64,000 bases of DNA, from positions 45,076,001 to 45,140,000 of the forward strand of contig NC_086108.1 of the NCBI RefSeq assembly GCF_963921235.1, written 5' to 3'. Under the pieces are notes generated by a model. That model ran no database searches. It had not been told where the DNA came from and saw only the letters and a program-made list of their open reading frames with translations. A program made the position numbers and the translations under genes. Source of the DNA: Mobula hypostoma (Eukaryota). Shown here one piece after another: positions 50,284 to 62,619 of the stretch (the first letter of the stretch is position 1; every line of letters starts with the position of its first letter).

Positions 50284-52517
50284 CAAGGACATTTAAAATC
50301 TGTTTAAAAAGCTCTTAACAGTCTTTAACAATCAATAAGCTATTAGTGCATTCTGGAGGTGAGGCTTCACATTTACTCAGTGCAAAATCCACTCTGCTTC
50401 ACTAGATGCCTGTAGAGTGCAGAGCCAGTTTATTCACCTCTCTGCATCCAGGAAAAGCAACCGAGGATGGGGGGGTGGGGTGGGGGGTGTATCTGGATGG
50501 TGACTCTGAGCAGTGGGCCAACTACAGGATGACCCACCCAACCAACAACATGAATAGTTTTGCACAGCAATTTATAGAACCTTGAGGAACGGGAGTGTGA
50601 GGGTTCGACTACAAACCTACAATGAATATGGAGCGGCTAATGGAAAATAAAATGTGACATGTGTTTTGAGTTGCACACTGAGTACGTGACTTCATCAAAT
50701 AATTTGATTTGTAATCCTTGCCAGGAACTCCTGCACTGCATGTTGTCAGGTTGGCACATTGCTTCCTTCTGGAAAGAATGCTCTTGAGCCAATGACAGCA
50801 TCTCACATTCACGTCACACAATTGCACATTTACATTGCCAGTCATCAAAGACTGGCTGTGTAACTCTATTAGTTGTCGTATCTTCCCTCCACATTGGGTT
50901 GCCTGACATGCCTTTTACCAGCCTGATACACCTAGGAGACTTTTGGTAAGACAGATAGATCAGAGCTTTTCTAAAGACCAAAATAAAACATGTTCTTGTA
51001 TGAAAACACTTAACTTTAATCGGATGCATAGCTTTAAAATTTCTGGTCTTACCATTGACATTGGTCTTTCAGTTGGCACCCTGCCCAGAACCAATGATGC
51101 ATGAAACAGCTGAGTATTGTGCTAATCACAGAAAAAGTCATATGTAGCAGCTCTGTGTATTACTGGTTAGGTCTGTACTTGGAAACCAGAGCAGAAAGTA
51201 GACAATTAAAACTTTCATTTATATTAAATCTATTTTGATACTTTTTTTTCTGAGATTGCTTCATTGCTTTTTAGACGAGGCTGAATTTGCTCAGCTTCAC
51301 ACAATTTTGTCGAACAAACAGTGAATCTCATAATTTTGGCAACATTGAGGCCCTTACAAAATCTATAAATGATTGGCAAATTGTCCGAGGAATGCTATTT
51401 TTGGCAAACACAGTAAACTGAAACTGTTGCAGTCATTGATGGTATTTTACAAGCTGAATATAAATTGCAGTTCAAAAAGAAAATATTTAAAAGCTGCAGT
51501 TTGGATCAGAAAGTCAAATTGCAGTGAAGTGGAAATTAATTAATATATCTGCTTTATAATGTATTTGTTTAAATGAATTGTCATACTTCCAATATTATCT
51601 AGGATTGAGAGTTGCTGTTTCAATGCAGATTAAGAAAGAGTTGGGTATGTTTTAGTTGTAAACAAAAATCGCAGGCCGTGTCTTATTTTCTTGCTTTTTT
51701 CCCTTATGGCCCATTTCCGCTTTCGTCTTTCTGTTGTAAAATATCAGAGCTATGTTTGAAATGATTTCTCAGAGACTATCATAATTTTCTCTTCTGCTCA
51801 TTGATGTGGATTCTAAATCCTAAACTTTCCTGCAGAATTTCAGCATGTATGATTCTCTTCAAACACGTATGAAATCCACTTTTAGTACCAACTTCCAGAG
51901 ACAGGTTTGGAACATAATTGAAAGGATCTCATAGAAAAATAAAAGATATTCTGAATAAAGGATGGTGATGTCTGAGAGTGAAAAGACACTGTATGTGAAT
52001 AATGAGGCAAAGTTAAAGCACTATATGTAGAAATAGATACTGCAAAATGAGAGAATGCAACGTATAATAAGGATCAGCTATGTATAACTGTACAGTGTAA
52101 GTTAGGAATCTTGTATGCAAATTAGGCAACAACATCTTTAAATTAAGTGGTATTGTAAGTAGACAAAGAAGTATATAACGGAGTGTTATACATAAATAAA
52201 ATTGTATTATACCTGTCCTCCATGCTCTTTGGATGTCAGTAATGCAGAAAAGTTAACATGCATTGTCCACACGTAGTTGCACAAGAAAGTGGTTGTAGAA
52301 CTGTTCGTTTAGCTGCTGTAGTTGTAGTCTCTGTGATGATACTGCTCTGACAGTAACACTGTAATACCGAAAGCATGGTGATACTATGCTGTGTGAAGTA
52401 CAGTCCATCTGTTGCCCTGGTGGTAGAAGTCATATAGGGCTCATGCTATTGTTCGAGGAAAATGGTAGTGCTTTTAATAAGTATTACACACCTCAATCAG
52501 ATGAAGTAATGATTGAG

Positions 52518-52645
52518 ACATAAAATACTGTAGATGCTGGGACCTGGAGCAGAAAGCAATCACTGGAAGAATTCAGCTGGTCAGGCAGCATGTATGGGAA
52601 GAACATAATTGTTGATGTTTTGGGTCACAACCCTGCATCAATCTG
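52518..52645 (-). mobile_element. Old Penelope-like terminal repeat fragment
   Basis: The minus strand reads ttgatgcagggttgtgacccaaaacatcaac...atgctgcctgaccagctgaattcttccag, a decayed hammerhead. Confidence 0.55.
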
Positions 52646-52709
52646 CTGTCCCCATCTCTTTCAAGGAAACCTCATTATTCAAGTTCCAAGAAAATTCCTC
52701 AATGACATT

Positions 52710-53260
52710 TGACTTCTACAGGTGTACTGCAGAAAAGTATCCTGTTGGATTGCACCTCAGGTAGGTATGGTAACTGTCTTCACTGGACTGATCCGAACCT
52801 ACAGCGAATAGTAAAGACAGGCTCGTCACGCATTAGAGTTGGAGTCAAGGTTCTTGCTTCCTTGGCCATTCCCTTTTCTCTCGTCTACTTTCTGGGAAAA
52901 TATGTAAGAGCTCGAAAGCTCAGCCATCCAGACATAAAAACAGCTTCTTTCTCACTGCTCTCAGACTTCTGAACCAATCACCTCTTTCACATCCTCTTTC
53001 CTGTGATGTGATGCTGCAACATTCTCAAATTCTTAATTCTGCCTCTCCTGATTATTCCGTTATTGTCACTTCAAGTATTTCATTTTGACCTCCTTCAGGT
53101 AGCTTGACAATCTTTGTACCATTCTGCTGGTTTGCATGTGTTGATGTTCATTTGTTGCAGTGTTTGTATTATTACGGTCTGAGCAAGGAAGTTTACTACA
53201 CCCTGTTGTTGATTACAGTTTTATATATTATTATACATAATTATCTGAATTTGGACTTGA
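52710..53260 (+). mobile_element. Old Rex/Babar-like LINE 3' fragment
   Basis: acttctacaggtgtactgcagaaaagtatcctg...aacagcttctt..tcactgctctcagacttctgaac. Confidence 0.5.
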
Positions 53261-56200
53261 ACCAAAATCCTGCAAAAGCTAGAGACCTGCAATAGAACAT
53301 GAAATACTGTTTGTACTGCTTTGTTGAATTAATTCTTCCTACTATTTTCTATTTTGACATTCATTTTGTTTTCCACACTGATGATCTTGAAGTTATTATA
53401 TATTTTGATAATTTCTGGTATTTACTGCCATGGAAGTGAAGTAGATTCAAAAGAACAAAAAAGAAAACAATGGTTTGTACTGATTTATAAAATCTTGGTG
53501 AATGTTAGTATCCAAGTAATAAATGCATCACAATTCCAAATGGTCCTTTTCCTAAAGTACACTAAATACAAAACTTTTGAGTAGTTTGTCAGTTGATTTG
53601 TTGTGTATTGGTGGAGACAGTTAGTGGAAGAGAGCTGAGTGAAATGTTCACATACTTGGCCACATAATTACTTTGTAGCAACTTGACCTTTAGTCTCATG
53701 CAGCATTCCAGGATCATACATTAAGAAGATATATTCTTTTATTTCACCCTCTGTGGTTTTTCTTTTACTTCTCTGAAGGAACTGGCTTTTGCTGGGGTCT
53801 AGCTGCAAGATGGTGAGCACACGCTTTTGCGTCAGCTTGATGGTTTCAATAATCCAGACTCTTTGGTTATGGAAATAACACAGTTGTATTCTAATAATTG
53901 TCCTGCCCATGGCTAGCACCTTAAAGCAGGAGTACCTGGTAATAACCAAGAATGGTGACCCTGGAATATTCTGTTCAGCTCTCCCTCTAGTGTAGGAGTA
54001 CTAATTATCTTTTCATATAGGGGTTCACGCTGCGTCACCAACCATCAGCTAATTGGACAGGCCAATGTTGTATTTGGGTACGTCAGAATGTGTGGCCTGT
54101 TCCTGTGCTAATAAGAACACATTCCAGTTAAGACATTAAAGTGGCCTCAAATAATAATTTCTTGTCAGTCCTATTAATTTAAACATTTCAGTTTCAGATA
54201 AATATTTATTATTTTCGGCAATACTGAGCAGTACAGTAATACTGCATTCATTTTAGATTAATGATTCATTTTGCCATTTTCACCTCATAAGGGAATTAAA
54301 GGCATGAACATTATTATCACCTGCCTGAATATATTAATCCATTTATTTTGTTATGGTTCAACAGAAAAATGTTAAACAGCTTTAATGTCCCTGAAAGGTC
54401 TGTACATGTCAAGTGTTTTGTGTCAACTGGGATAAGACTTTTACTTCCAGACCTAGAAGTGTAGCAGGGTTATTTGGAACTGTTTCTGAAATGGAACAAG
54501 CTTTTAGCTAACTAGAAAAGTGGGGGAAAAAATATTTTCCTTTCAATACCATGCAGATTTTCCGGCTAAATATTTTTGGATTTCAATCCAGAATCATAGT
54601 TACTTTGAGACATAAGAATATAATTCAGCAATGAAAAAGATAGATTCAGTCAACAGAGCTTTCCAGTTCTTGGCTTCCTCATTCCTGCAACTCTTGGCAG
54701 ATGGTTTATTATTTAAGTATAGAGTAGAGATTTTGATAATTAGTTCGCAGGCTCTCTGTTGCATAAGGTGAAACTGTTATCACGTTTTATCAACCCATAG
54801 TGTGCTAACATGTTGCTCAAGGATACCTTGTCTCCTGCATTATGCCATTACCATGGATGTAAGGTACAAAAACAATCCACTCAGCCTGTCTTATCCATGA
54901 CATTGTTTAGGCTCCACTTGTGCCACCCCTCGCCTTCATCTAACTAGCATATCCTTTTGTACATTGTCCCCTTGTGTTGATCTGTATGGACAACTTGCAG
55001 GATGAGCTTTTCACTACACCTCAGTGCATGTGATAGTAATGAACCAATACCAATTCCAACTAGTTTTCTTTAATAGGAAATGTTAAACCAGATCAACAAG
55101 ATGAATCTTAAAGAAAGGAAGACTCAGGAGAAAAATTCCAGAATTTAGTATCTAGGCAACAGGGGCATGATGCAAAGGGTAATGCAAAAGAAACTTCAAA
55201 TGTGTGAGGTCCCAGACTACGAGGAGCACGTAGATGTTGAAGTCAACATCTGTAATGTGGGAGTTGTTCAAAGATTACCTGTTCAGGATTCAGGACCGGG
55301 TTGCTCCAGTAAGACCATAAGACATAGGAGCAGAAATAAGTCACTCAGCCCATCAAATCTGCTCCACCATTCCATCATGGTTGATTTATCATTCCTCTCA
55401 ACCATATTCTCCTGCCTTCTCCCTGTAACCTTTGATGACCTGTCTAACCAAGAGCCCATCAACCTCCGCAAAAGTGTCTTGACCTCCACAGCCGTCCATT
55501 GCAATTAATTCCACAGTTTCATCACCCTCTGGCTAAAGAACTTCCTTCTCATCTCTGCTGTAAATGGACGTCCCTCTATTCTGAAGCTGTGCCCTTTGGT
55601 CCGAGACTCACCCACTATAGGAAGCATCCTCTAAACATCCACTCTGTCTAGGCCTTTCAGTATTTGATAGGTTTTAATGAGATTCTCTCTCTCTCCCATT
55701 CTTCTAAACTCCATTGAGTACGGACCCAGAGCCATCAAATGCTCCTCGTGCATGAACCCTTAATTCCCAGAATCATTCTCATAAATCTATTATTGACCCT
55801 CTCCAATGACAGCACATCTTTACTCTTGAATAAGGAGCCCAAAACTTCTCACAATACTCCAAGTGCAGACTGACCAATGTCTTCTTAAGCCTCAGCATCA
55901 CATCCTTGCTCTTATATTCTAGTTCTCTCGAAATGAATGCTAACATTGCATTAGCCTTTCTTACCACAAACACAACCTGCAAGTCAGCCTTTAGGGAATC
56001 CTGCACAGTGCACGAGACAATAGTTTGTACGCCTTTATTCCTTCTACTATGTATGACCATACACTTCCCTACACTATATTCCATCTGCCAATTCTTTGCC
56101 TATTCTTCCAATTTGTCCAAGTCCTTCTGCAGACTCCCTGTTTCTTCAACATTACCTGCCCCTCCAACTATCTTTGTATTGTCTGCAAATTTGGTCACAA

Positions 56201-56381
56201 AACCATCAATTCTGTCATTCAAGTCATTGACATATAATATGAAAAGAAGCGATCCCAATACCATTCTCTGTGGAACACCACTTGTCACTGGCAGCCAATC
56301 AGAACAGGCCTCTTTTATGCCAACTCTTTGCCTCATGCTAGTCAGCCAATTTTCTATACATGCAGTATCTTTACTGTAATA

Positions 56382-56535
56382 CAGGTCGAGCTTCATTAAT
56401 CCGGCACCATTGGGACCTGAGGAGTGCCGGATTAGTGAAAATGCCGAATTAAAGAAGGATCACATTAAGCATAACCAATGCCGGATTATCGAAGGAACCG
56501 GATTACAGGTAGTCGGATTAGTGAAGGTCGAGCTG
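56382..56535. mobile_element. 154-bp Tc1/pogo(Tigger)-type MITE
   Basis: TIRs are caggtcgagcttcattaatccg / cggattagtgaaggtcgagctg (19/22 match). TA is duplicated at 56380-81 and 56536-37. The host CR1 rejoins as ctgtaaTAccatgg. Confidence 0.85.
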
Positions 56536-56994
56536 TACCATGGACCTTTTTCTTATTATGCAGCCTTATGTGTGGCACCTTGTCAAGGGCCTACTGAAAA
56601 TCCAAGTAAATAACACCCATTGACTGTCTTTTGTTTATCATGCCTGTTATTTCCATGAAGAGTTCCAACAGAGTTGTTAGGCAAGATTTCCCTTTCAGGA
56701 AATCATGTGCCGCCAAGTACCCCAAAACCTCATCTGTAATAATGGACTCCAACATCTTCCCAGCCACTGAATTCAGGCTAACTGGCCTATAATTTCCTTT
56801 TTTTGTCTCCCTTTCTTAAAGAGTGGGGTGATATTTGTAATTTTGCAATCCTCCGGAGCAATTCCAGAAACTAGTGGTTTTTGAAAGAATATTACAAAAG
56901 TCTCCGCAATCTCTTCAGCTGCCTCTTTCAGAACCCTGGGGTGTTGTCTGTCTGGTCGTGGTGACTTATCTACCTTCAGACCTTTGAGCTCTTT

Positions 56995-57180
56995 ACTTCA
57001 CCCCCTCCCCCAATCAACTTGTGTTTCTACCTCTGCTTCCCCCTCCCCCCCACCTTCTAACTCTGACTCCTCATCTTTTTTCTCCAGTTCTGATGAAGGG
57101 TCTCGGCCCGAAATGTCGACTATACTCTTATGATAGATACTGCCTGGCCTGCTGAGTTCCTCCAGCGTTTTGTGTGTGTT
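56995..57180 (+). mobile_element. Penelope-like terminal repeat inserted in the CR1
   Basis: A C/T-rich tract, a hammerhead motif, then gatactgcctggcctgctgagttcctccagcgttttgtgtgtgtt. Confidence 0.8.
57086..57121 (+). ncRNA. Minimal type-I hammerhead ribozyme motif, near-intact
   Basis: AGUU-CUGAUGA-AGGGUCUCGGCCC-GAAAU-GUC^GACU. Core nucleotides are conserved, stem II is GGG/CCC, and stem III is changed from ACGU to AUGU. Confidence 0.65.
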
Positions 57181-57651
57181 AACTCTTTCTAAGGATTTGA
57201 TTTCACCAGCAGAGCAACCCCACTCCCTTTGCCTACCTGCCTATCCTTTAGATACAAGGTATATCCTTGAACGTTAGGCTCCCACTATGATCTTCTTTCA
57301 GCCATGTCTCAGTGATGCCAACAACAGCGTACCTGTAAATCTCTATCTGTGCTACAAGATCATCTACTTTATTCCATATACTGCATGCATTCAAAGATAA
57401 CATCTTCAGTCCTGTATTCATAACCCTTTTCGGTTTTCCCCCCATGTTACACTTCAGTTCATCCCACTAACTGCAGTTTTGCCCTATTATCTGCCTGTCC
57501 TTCCTCACAGTCTCACTAAAAACCGTATCTACTTCCCATCCCCTGCCAACTTAGTTTAAAACCTCCCCCACAGCTGGAGCAAATCTGCCCACAAAGATAT
57601 TGGTCCCTTGCAGCTTCAGATGTAATCCGTCCTTTTTGTACAGGTTATACC

Positions 57652-60600
57652 TGTAACGCATGCATCTAATTCTTTTAGAGCAACGGCTCCCCTTAGCACT
57701 ACGTATGATCTGTTGTCTATGCATGCGCATTGATCTGCTGTCTGCGCACACAAATTGGTGACAAGTACGAACCTGAATGTCAGAAAATATCGCGAACTGC
57801 ACCAACGGTTATGAAGCGAAACAGTGAGAGGAAAGAGTTAAACAGTATGGAAGCCATCGGGGACACTAACAAAGGGGCGTGTGAATACAGCATAGTTCAC
57901 AGTGGATAATGCAACTAGCAAAGTTAAAGTGAAAATAACGTGGCAATGGCTTCAGTTGGGAAAGATGCTGAATTTAATTGTGCTAATGAAGCCTGGGAGT
58001 TGTATATCGAGAGGGTTGAACTGTATTATAAAGCAAATGATGTGGTTGATCAAAAGAAAGCCTCCAAGCTTAGTTTAATGGGGACAAGAAGGTACAGTCT
58101 TTTATGCTTCTTAGTAACCCCTGAAAAGCCAGCAAGCAAGATGTTTGATGAAATCATTACAATTTTGCAAAATAACTTGAGCCCTAAACTGCTGATAATA
58201 GCTGAGAGATTTAGCTTTTTTTCCCAAAAGGACCCAGTCAAAAGATGAAGGCATTTATGAATACATTGCATAAATGTGCAAATGTTCCCAGTACTGTGAC
58301 TTTAGAGATGGACTTTCTGATGCCTTAGGGGACAGGCTTGTATGTGACATGCATAGTCAAAGCACCCAAAATAGGTTCCTGTCAGAAAGAGATCAACCTT
58401 GGAACAGGCATTGACCGTTGCAATATTGTTAGAGACTGCAGGAAAGGATGCAACAGAACTACAGAAAAAGAGGTTAGAATGCACAAAATGTCCCTGAATC
58501 GTGCAAAAAGCCAAAAATGTTATCGATGTGGAAAATCCTCCCGTGAAGCAAATGACTATTGGTTGAAGGAAAAAGTTTGCAGAAATTGTCTCAGACAAGG
58601 TCACATAGAGAGAACGTGCAAGACAGACAAAAAGCATAACTGAATGAAAAGTTTCAAACATGAAACTAAGCAAGTGCATAAAGTGACCGAATATGAAACA
58701 GAATCAGACAACACAGAGTCTGACAAAGGTGAGCTGTCATGCCTAGAACTGCTTAGTAATACTGAAGCAGATCACAAAATCATATGGATCACAATTGATG
58801 TGTCCGGTGTAAAACTGAAAATGGAGCTGGATGCAGGGTCAGTTTTGTCTATAATTTCAGAGGCTGACTACTATCAGACTGTTTTCTGAGATACTATTAG
58901 AGAAGACCTCAGTGATGTTAAAGACCTACACAGGTGAAAACATGTCTCCCAAAGGCATACTGAATGTGACGTATGGAAGCCAAACCCAGCAATCAGAGCT
59001 TTGTGGTGAAAAGTGGAGGGCCAGCACTTTTCAGACGTGAATGGTTGAGAAAAATCCAACTAGACTGGCACTCAATCAAAGCTCTCAATGTGACATCAAC
59101 TGGCAACTGCAACCCAGATGGTAGCACTAACCAGAGACTCTTACAGCTGCTTAATGCTAATGAGAAAGTGTTTGAGAAAGGGATTGGTTAACTCAAAGGT
59201 ATAAAGGCCAGAACTGAATTGAATGAAGAAGCAACACCAAGATTCCATAAAGCACATCCAGTTCTATTTGCACTATGTCCTAAAGTGGATGCTGAACTTC
59301 ACAGATTGGAGGCATCTGGAATTCTGTCCAAGGTTGAATGGATTAATTGAGCCATATCTATTGTCATGGTGATCAAGAAAGGCAAGGCTGTAGCTATTTG
59401 CATATATGGGGATCTCAAAGTGAGCATTAGCCTGGTGCTGTGCAATGTCCCTACCAGGAATAGAAGGCATTTTTGCATCTTTGGCAGGCAGGGAGAGGTT
59501 TCCAAAGATTGATATTTCACAAGCCTATCTGCAACTGGAGACTGAGGAGTCAAGCAGGAAGTTCCTCCAAATTAACACTCACAAGGGACTGTTCCAGTAC
59601 AATTGTCTCTTCTTGGGCGTCACATCAGCTCCAACAATTTGGCAAAGAGCAAGGGACCAAGTACTCCAAGATATCCCAGAACACAATGGTGACATTGGTG
59701 TCATCATTGTGACTGGCAAGAATGATGAAAAGCACCTTCAGAACCTTGGTAAAGTGCTTACCTGGCTGAGTGAGTAAAGTCTGCATGCAAAGAGAGAGAA
59801 TGTGGGTTTTTCAAGAATGAAATCTCATATTGTGGACATGTCATTGACAAGCATGACTTACATAAGTCACAAGAGAAGATTGAAGCAGTACTGCCAGTAC
59901 ACAAACTGGAAAATGTGTCACAACTCATGTCATACTTGGACCTTGTAAACTACTACCATTGGTTTCTCCCAAACATTGTTAAAGTGTTGCACCTATTGAA
60001 TGCACTGTTGCAGACAGGAGGAAAGTGGGAATGGTCAGAAAAATGTGAAAGAGCATTTAAGGAAACAAAGAGACCAATAACATCAGATGAACTGCTCACC
60101 CATTATGACCATTCCCTGCCCATCAGACTGGTGTGCTATGTGTTCCCTTATGGCATTGGAGCCATTTTGTCACACATTATGAAAGATGGATCTGAATGTC
60201 CAATTGCAGTTGCTTCAAGATCACTGACGAGCACAGAATGCAACTACACACAGATTGACCAAGAGGCCTTTAATCTAATGTGGGGAATAAAGAAGTTCCA
60301 CCACTATCTGTATGGACAAAAGTTTACGCTAGTGACAGATCATTTTCAATCAAAGGAAGGGAATTCCAGTGATGACTGCTGCCTTGTTACAATGTTGGGC
60401 AATGTTCCTAGGAGCCCACTCTTATGACATAGCGTTCAAGGGTACCGAACAACACAGCAACGCTGATGGCTTGCATTGTCTTCCACTGTTGACAACTGAA
60501 GAAGAAAGGTCTTCATACTGTAACCCAGCAGAAGTGTTCCATACAGCATTGGAGGACCAGTTGCCGGTAACAAATTTGGAAGTACACTGTACAAAGGGAA

Positions 60601-61980
60601 ACAAGGAATGACCTGATAGTGTTAAACGTCGGTGATATCTCCATGTAAGGATGGCCAGCTCATGGTAAGACGAGACCAACTGTTGGCATGTCAGAGGATG
60701 TTGATGTGTGGATCTCGTGTTGTGTTAGAGAATCTGCATGAAGGATACCTGGGTATTGTCAAGATGAAGAGTGTCGCACGAAGCATCGTGTGGTGGCTGG
60801 GAATAGATAAACAAATTGAAGACTTGGCCAAAAACACTTCAGGATGTGAGAAAGTTCAAAATGCACCCCTACAGGCTCATTACACCCGTGAGAGTGGCTG
60901 TCTTCACCTTATCAAAGAGTACATATTGACTTTGCTGGGCCATTTAGGTACCCCGTATTTCTGGTTGCTGTGGATATTCATTCAGAGTGGCCAGAGGTTA
61001 TGTCTATGAAGTTAACCACCTCAGCAAAAACCATCTCTGCCCTGAGGATATCTTCACCAGAAATGGCTTACCAGAATAAATTGTGAGAGACATCAGACCA
61101 CAAAACACGTCTGTACAATTTCAACTGTTCATGAAGGAAAATGGTACCAAATATTTCAACTCACCTCCTCACCACCTAGCAACAAATGGGTTAGCTGAAA
61201 GGTTTGTCTAAAAACATTCAAGAAGTCCATTAAAGCTGTGGACAAGGAGGACGTTTCTCTACAGCACAAGGTAGACAACTTTCTTTTTGTACATTCGAAG
61301 TCTGTTCATGCGACAACAACTTAAACACCTGCAATGCTGTTCATGAGCAAGAGTCTAAGATCTCACATAGACCTCCTGAAACCAGACCTCGAGAGGGCAG
61401 TACAGAATAAATTGTTCAGCCAGTTGCCAAGTGAAGCAGCAAGGAGCTTCGAAGTTGGACAGGACATCCTAGCACATGATTACGGAGAAGACAAATGGAC
61501 ACCTAGTAAGATAGCTACAAGAACTGGACTACCGATAGACACAGTTGATGTTGGAGATCAGACACGGAGACGTCATGTGGGCCAGCTACTGGATGCTCAG
61601 CTGAAGAACACACCTGAGTCAATTGTATTTAACAAGACAGACACATTACAGCCCCCAGACCTGCCTCTGAGTAACGACCATGTCACTGACAGCAGCGTGA
61701 CACTGGCAAACGAGAACGTTGTGTTAGACAAGACACCTACCAAACTTGATGCCACTCCTCAAGTCCAGAGGCACTATCCGGAAAGAAACAGAGCGTCACC
61801 CAAAAGACTGAATCTTTCGTATAGTGAAGTTAGTTGTGGAATGTTATTGTGAAAGCATGTTTATTTGGAATATGGTTTATGAAAAGGAAATTCAATGTTT
61901 TGTATGTATACATTATGTTGCATTAATCTAAGGGGGGGAGTGTAATGTATGGATCTATTTATTTTGGAGTAGTATTTGCT
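57652..61980 (+). mobile_element. Degenerate Ty3/Gypsy LTR retrotransposon (gag-PR-RT-RH-IN)
   Basis: 5' LTR TG..CA at about 57652-57752 and PBS-like tggtgac at 57756. Gag W..YIERVELY and zinc knuckles CYRCG/CRNC..GH....C. Protease ELDAGS, RT KIDISQAYLQ/INTHKGLFQY, RNase H GIGAILSH/NYTQIDQEA, integrase LHEGYLGIVKMK/HIDFAGP. PPT agggggggag at 61931-61940, and a 3' LTR stub from 61941. Confidence 0.9.
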
Positions 61981-62619
61981 CTGATAGTTCGTCCTCTCAG
62001 CAGTATTCAAAAGGTATATTTGTGGCTGAGGGGAATGGCCACAGGTTATTTGTATTGAGTGCTTATTCCCCTTGCATCTCCTGGTGGTCACCCAACCACT
62101 ATTCTGATGCCTGTACCCTGCGTATGACCACTTCAATAAAAGACTCATCTATGAAGTTTTCACCCTCCTGGATGCTCCTGAGTGCATCCAGCTCCAGCTC
62201 CAGTTCCTTGATGTTGTCAGTCAGGAGCTGAAGTTGGGTGCCCTCCTGCAGATGTAGTCATCAGGGTTAGGTCGCCTGAAACTGAACATCTCACAGGAGG
62301 GGCATTCCACTGCCTGAACTACCATCCTGCCTACACTTACTATGCCCCTATCTTCTCCAACTTAAGTTCTAGTCTCTGCCTGTTCTTGCCAAACCCCGCT
62401 GAGCCAAAGCTTGAGCACTCCAGCACTGGCTGCTTCACTTTCATCTTGCTTCTTTTAATTGGCTCTTGCTAAGTTACTATAAACCCAATCAATCTCTCAC
62501 TCTGCAGACAAGCCCTAACAGACCCTGCTCACTTTTTAAAATTGGCACGTAAAGTCTATGAGGAGCTGTCTCCAACTCACTACATGATCTCCTGTTCTAC
62601 AGACAACGCGAGGAGGAAA

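Larger units (their letters stand above)
55310..62540 (-). mobile_element. Formerly near full-length CR1 LINE, disrupted by a MITE, a Penelope repeat and a Gypsy element
   Basis: Collinear minus-strand parts. ORF1 N-terminus MVVQAVECPSCEM..PDDYIC..LQLLTDNIKELELELDALRSI..WVTTRR (62325 to about 61985). ORF1 esterase end YKKDGLHL (57650-57551). Endonuclease LSLNACSIWNK..VGITETWL (57445-57248). RT GVPQ..FADNTK (about 56980-55780). 3' tail at about 55310. Confidence 0.82.

Noticed and set aside
57940..61852. Domesticated Gypsy-derived gene
   Set aside because: Many stops and frameshifts, the RT YxDD motif is not intact, and the zinc knuckle is damaged.
61985..62162. Apparent continuation of the Gypsy 3' LTR with AATAAA and a terminal CA
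   Set aside because: The minus strand translates as CR1 ORF1 (FIDESFIEVV...WVTTRR..VAIPLS), so this is host CR1, not LTR.
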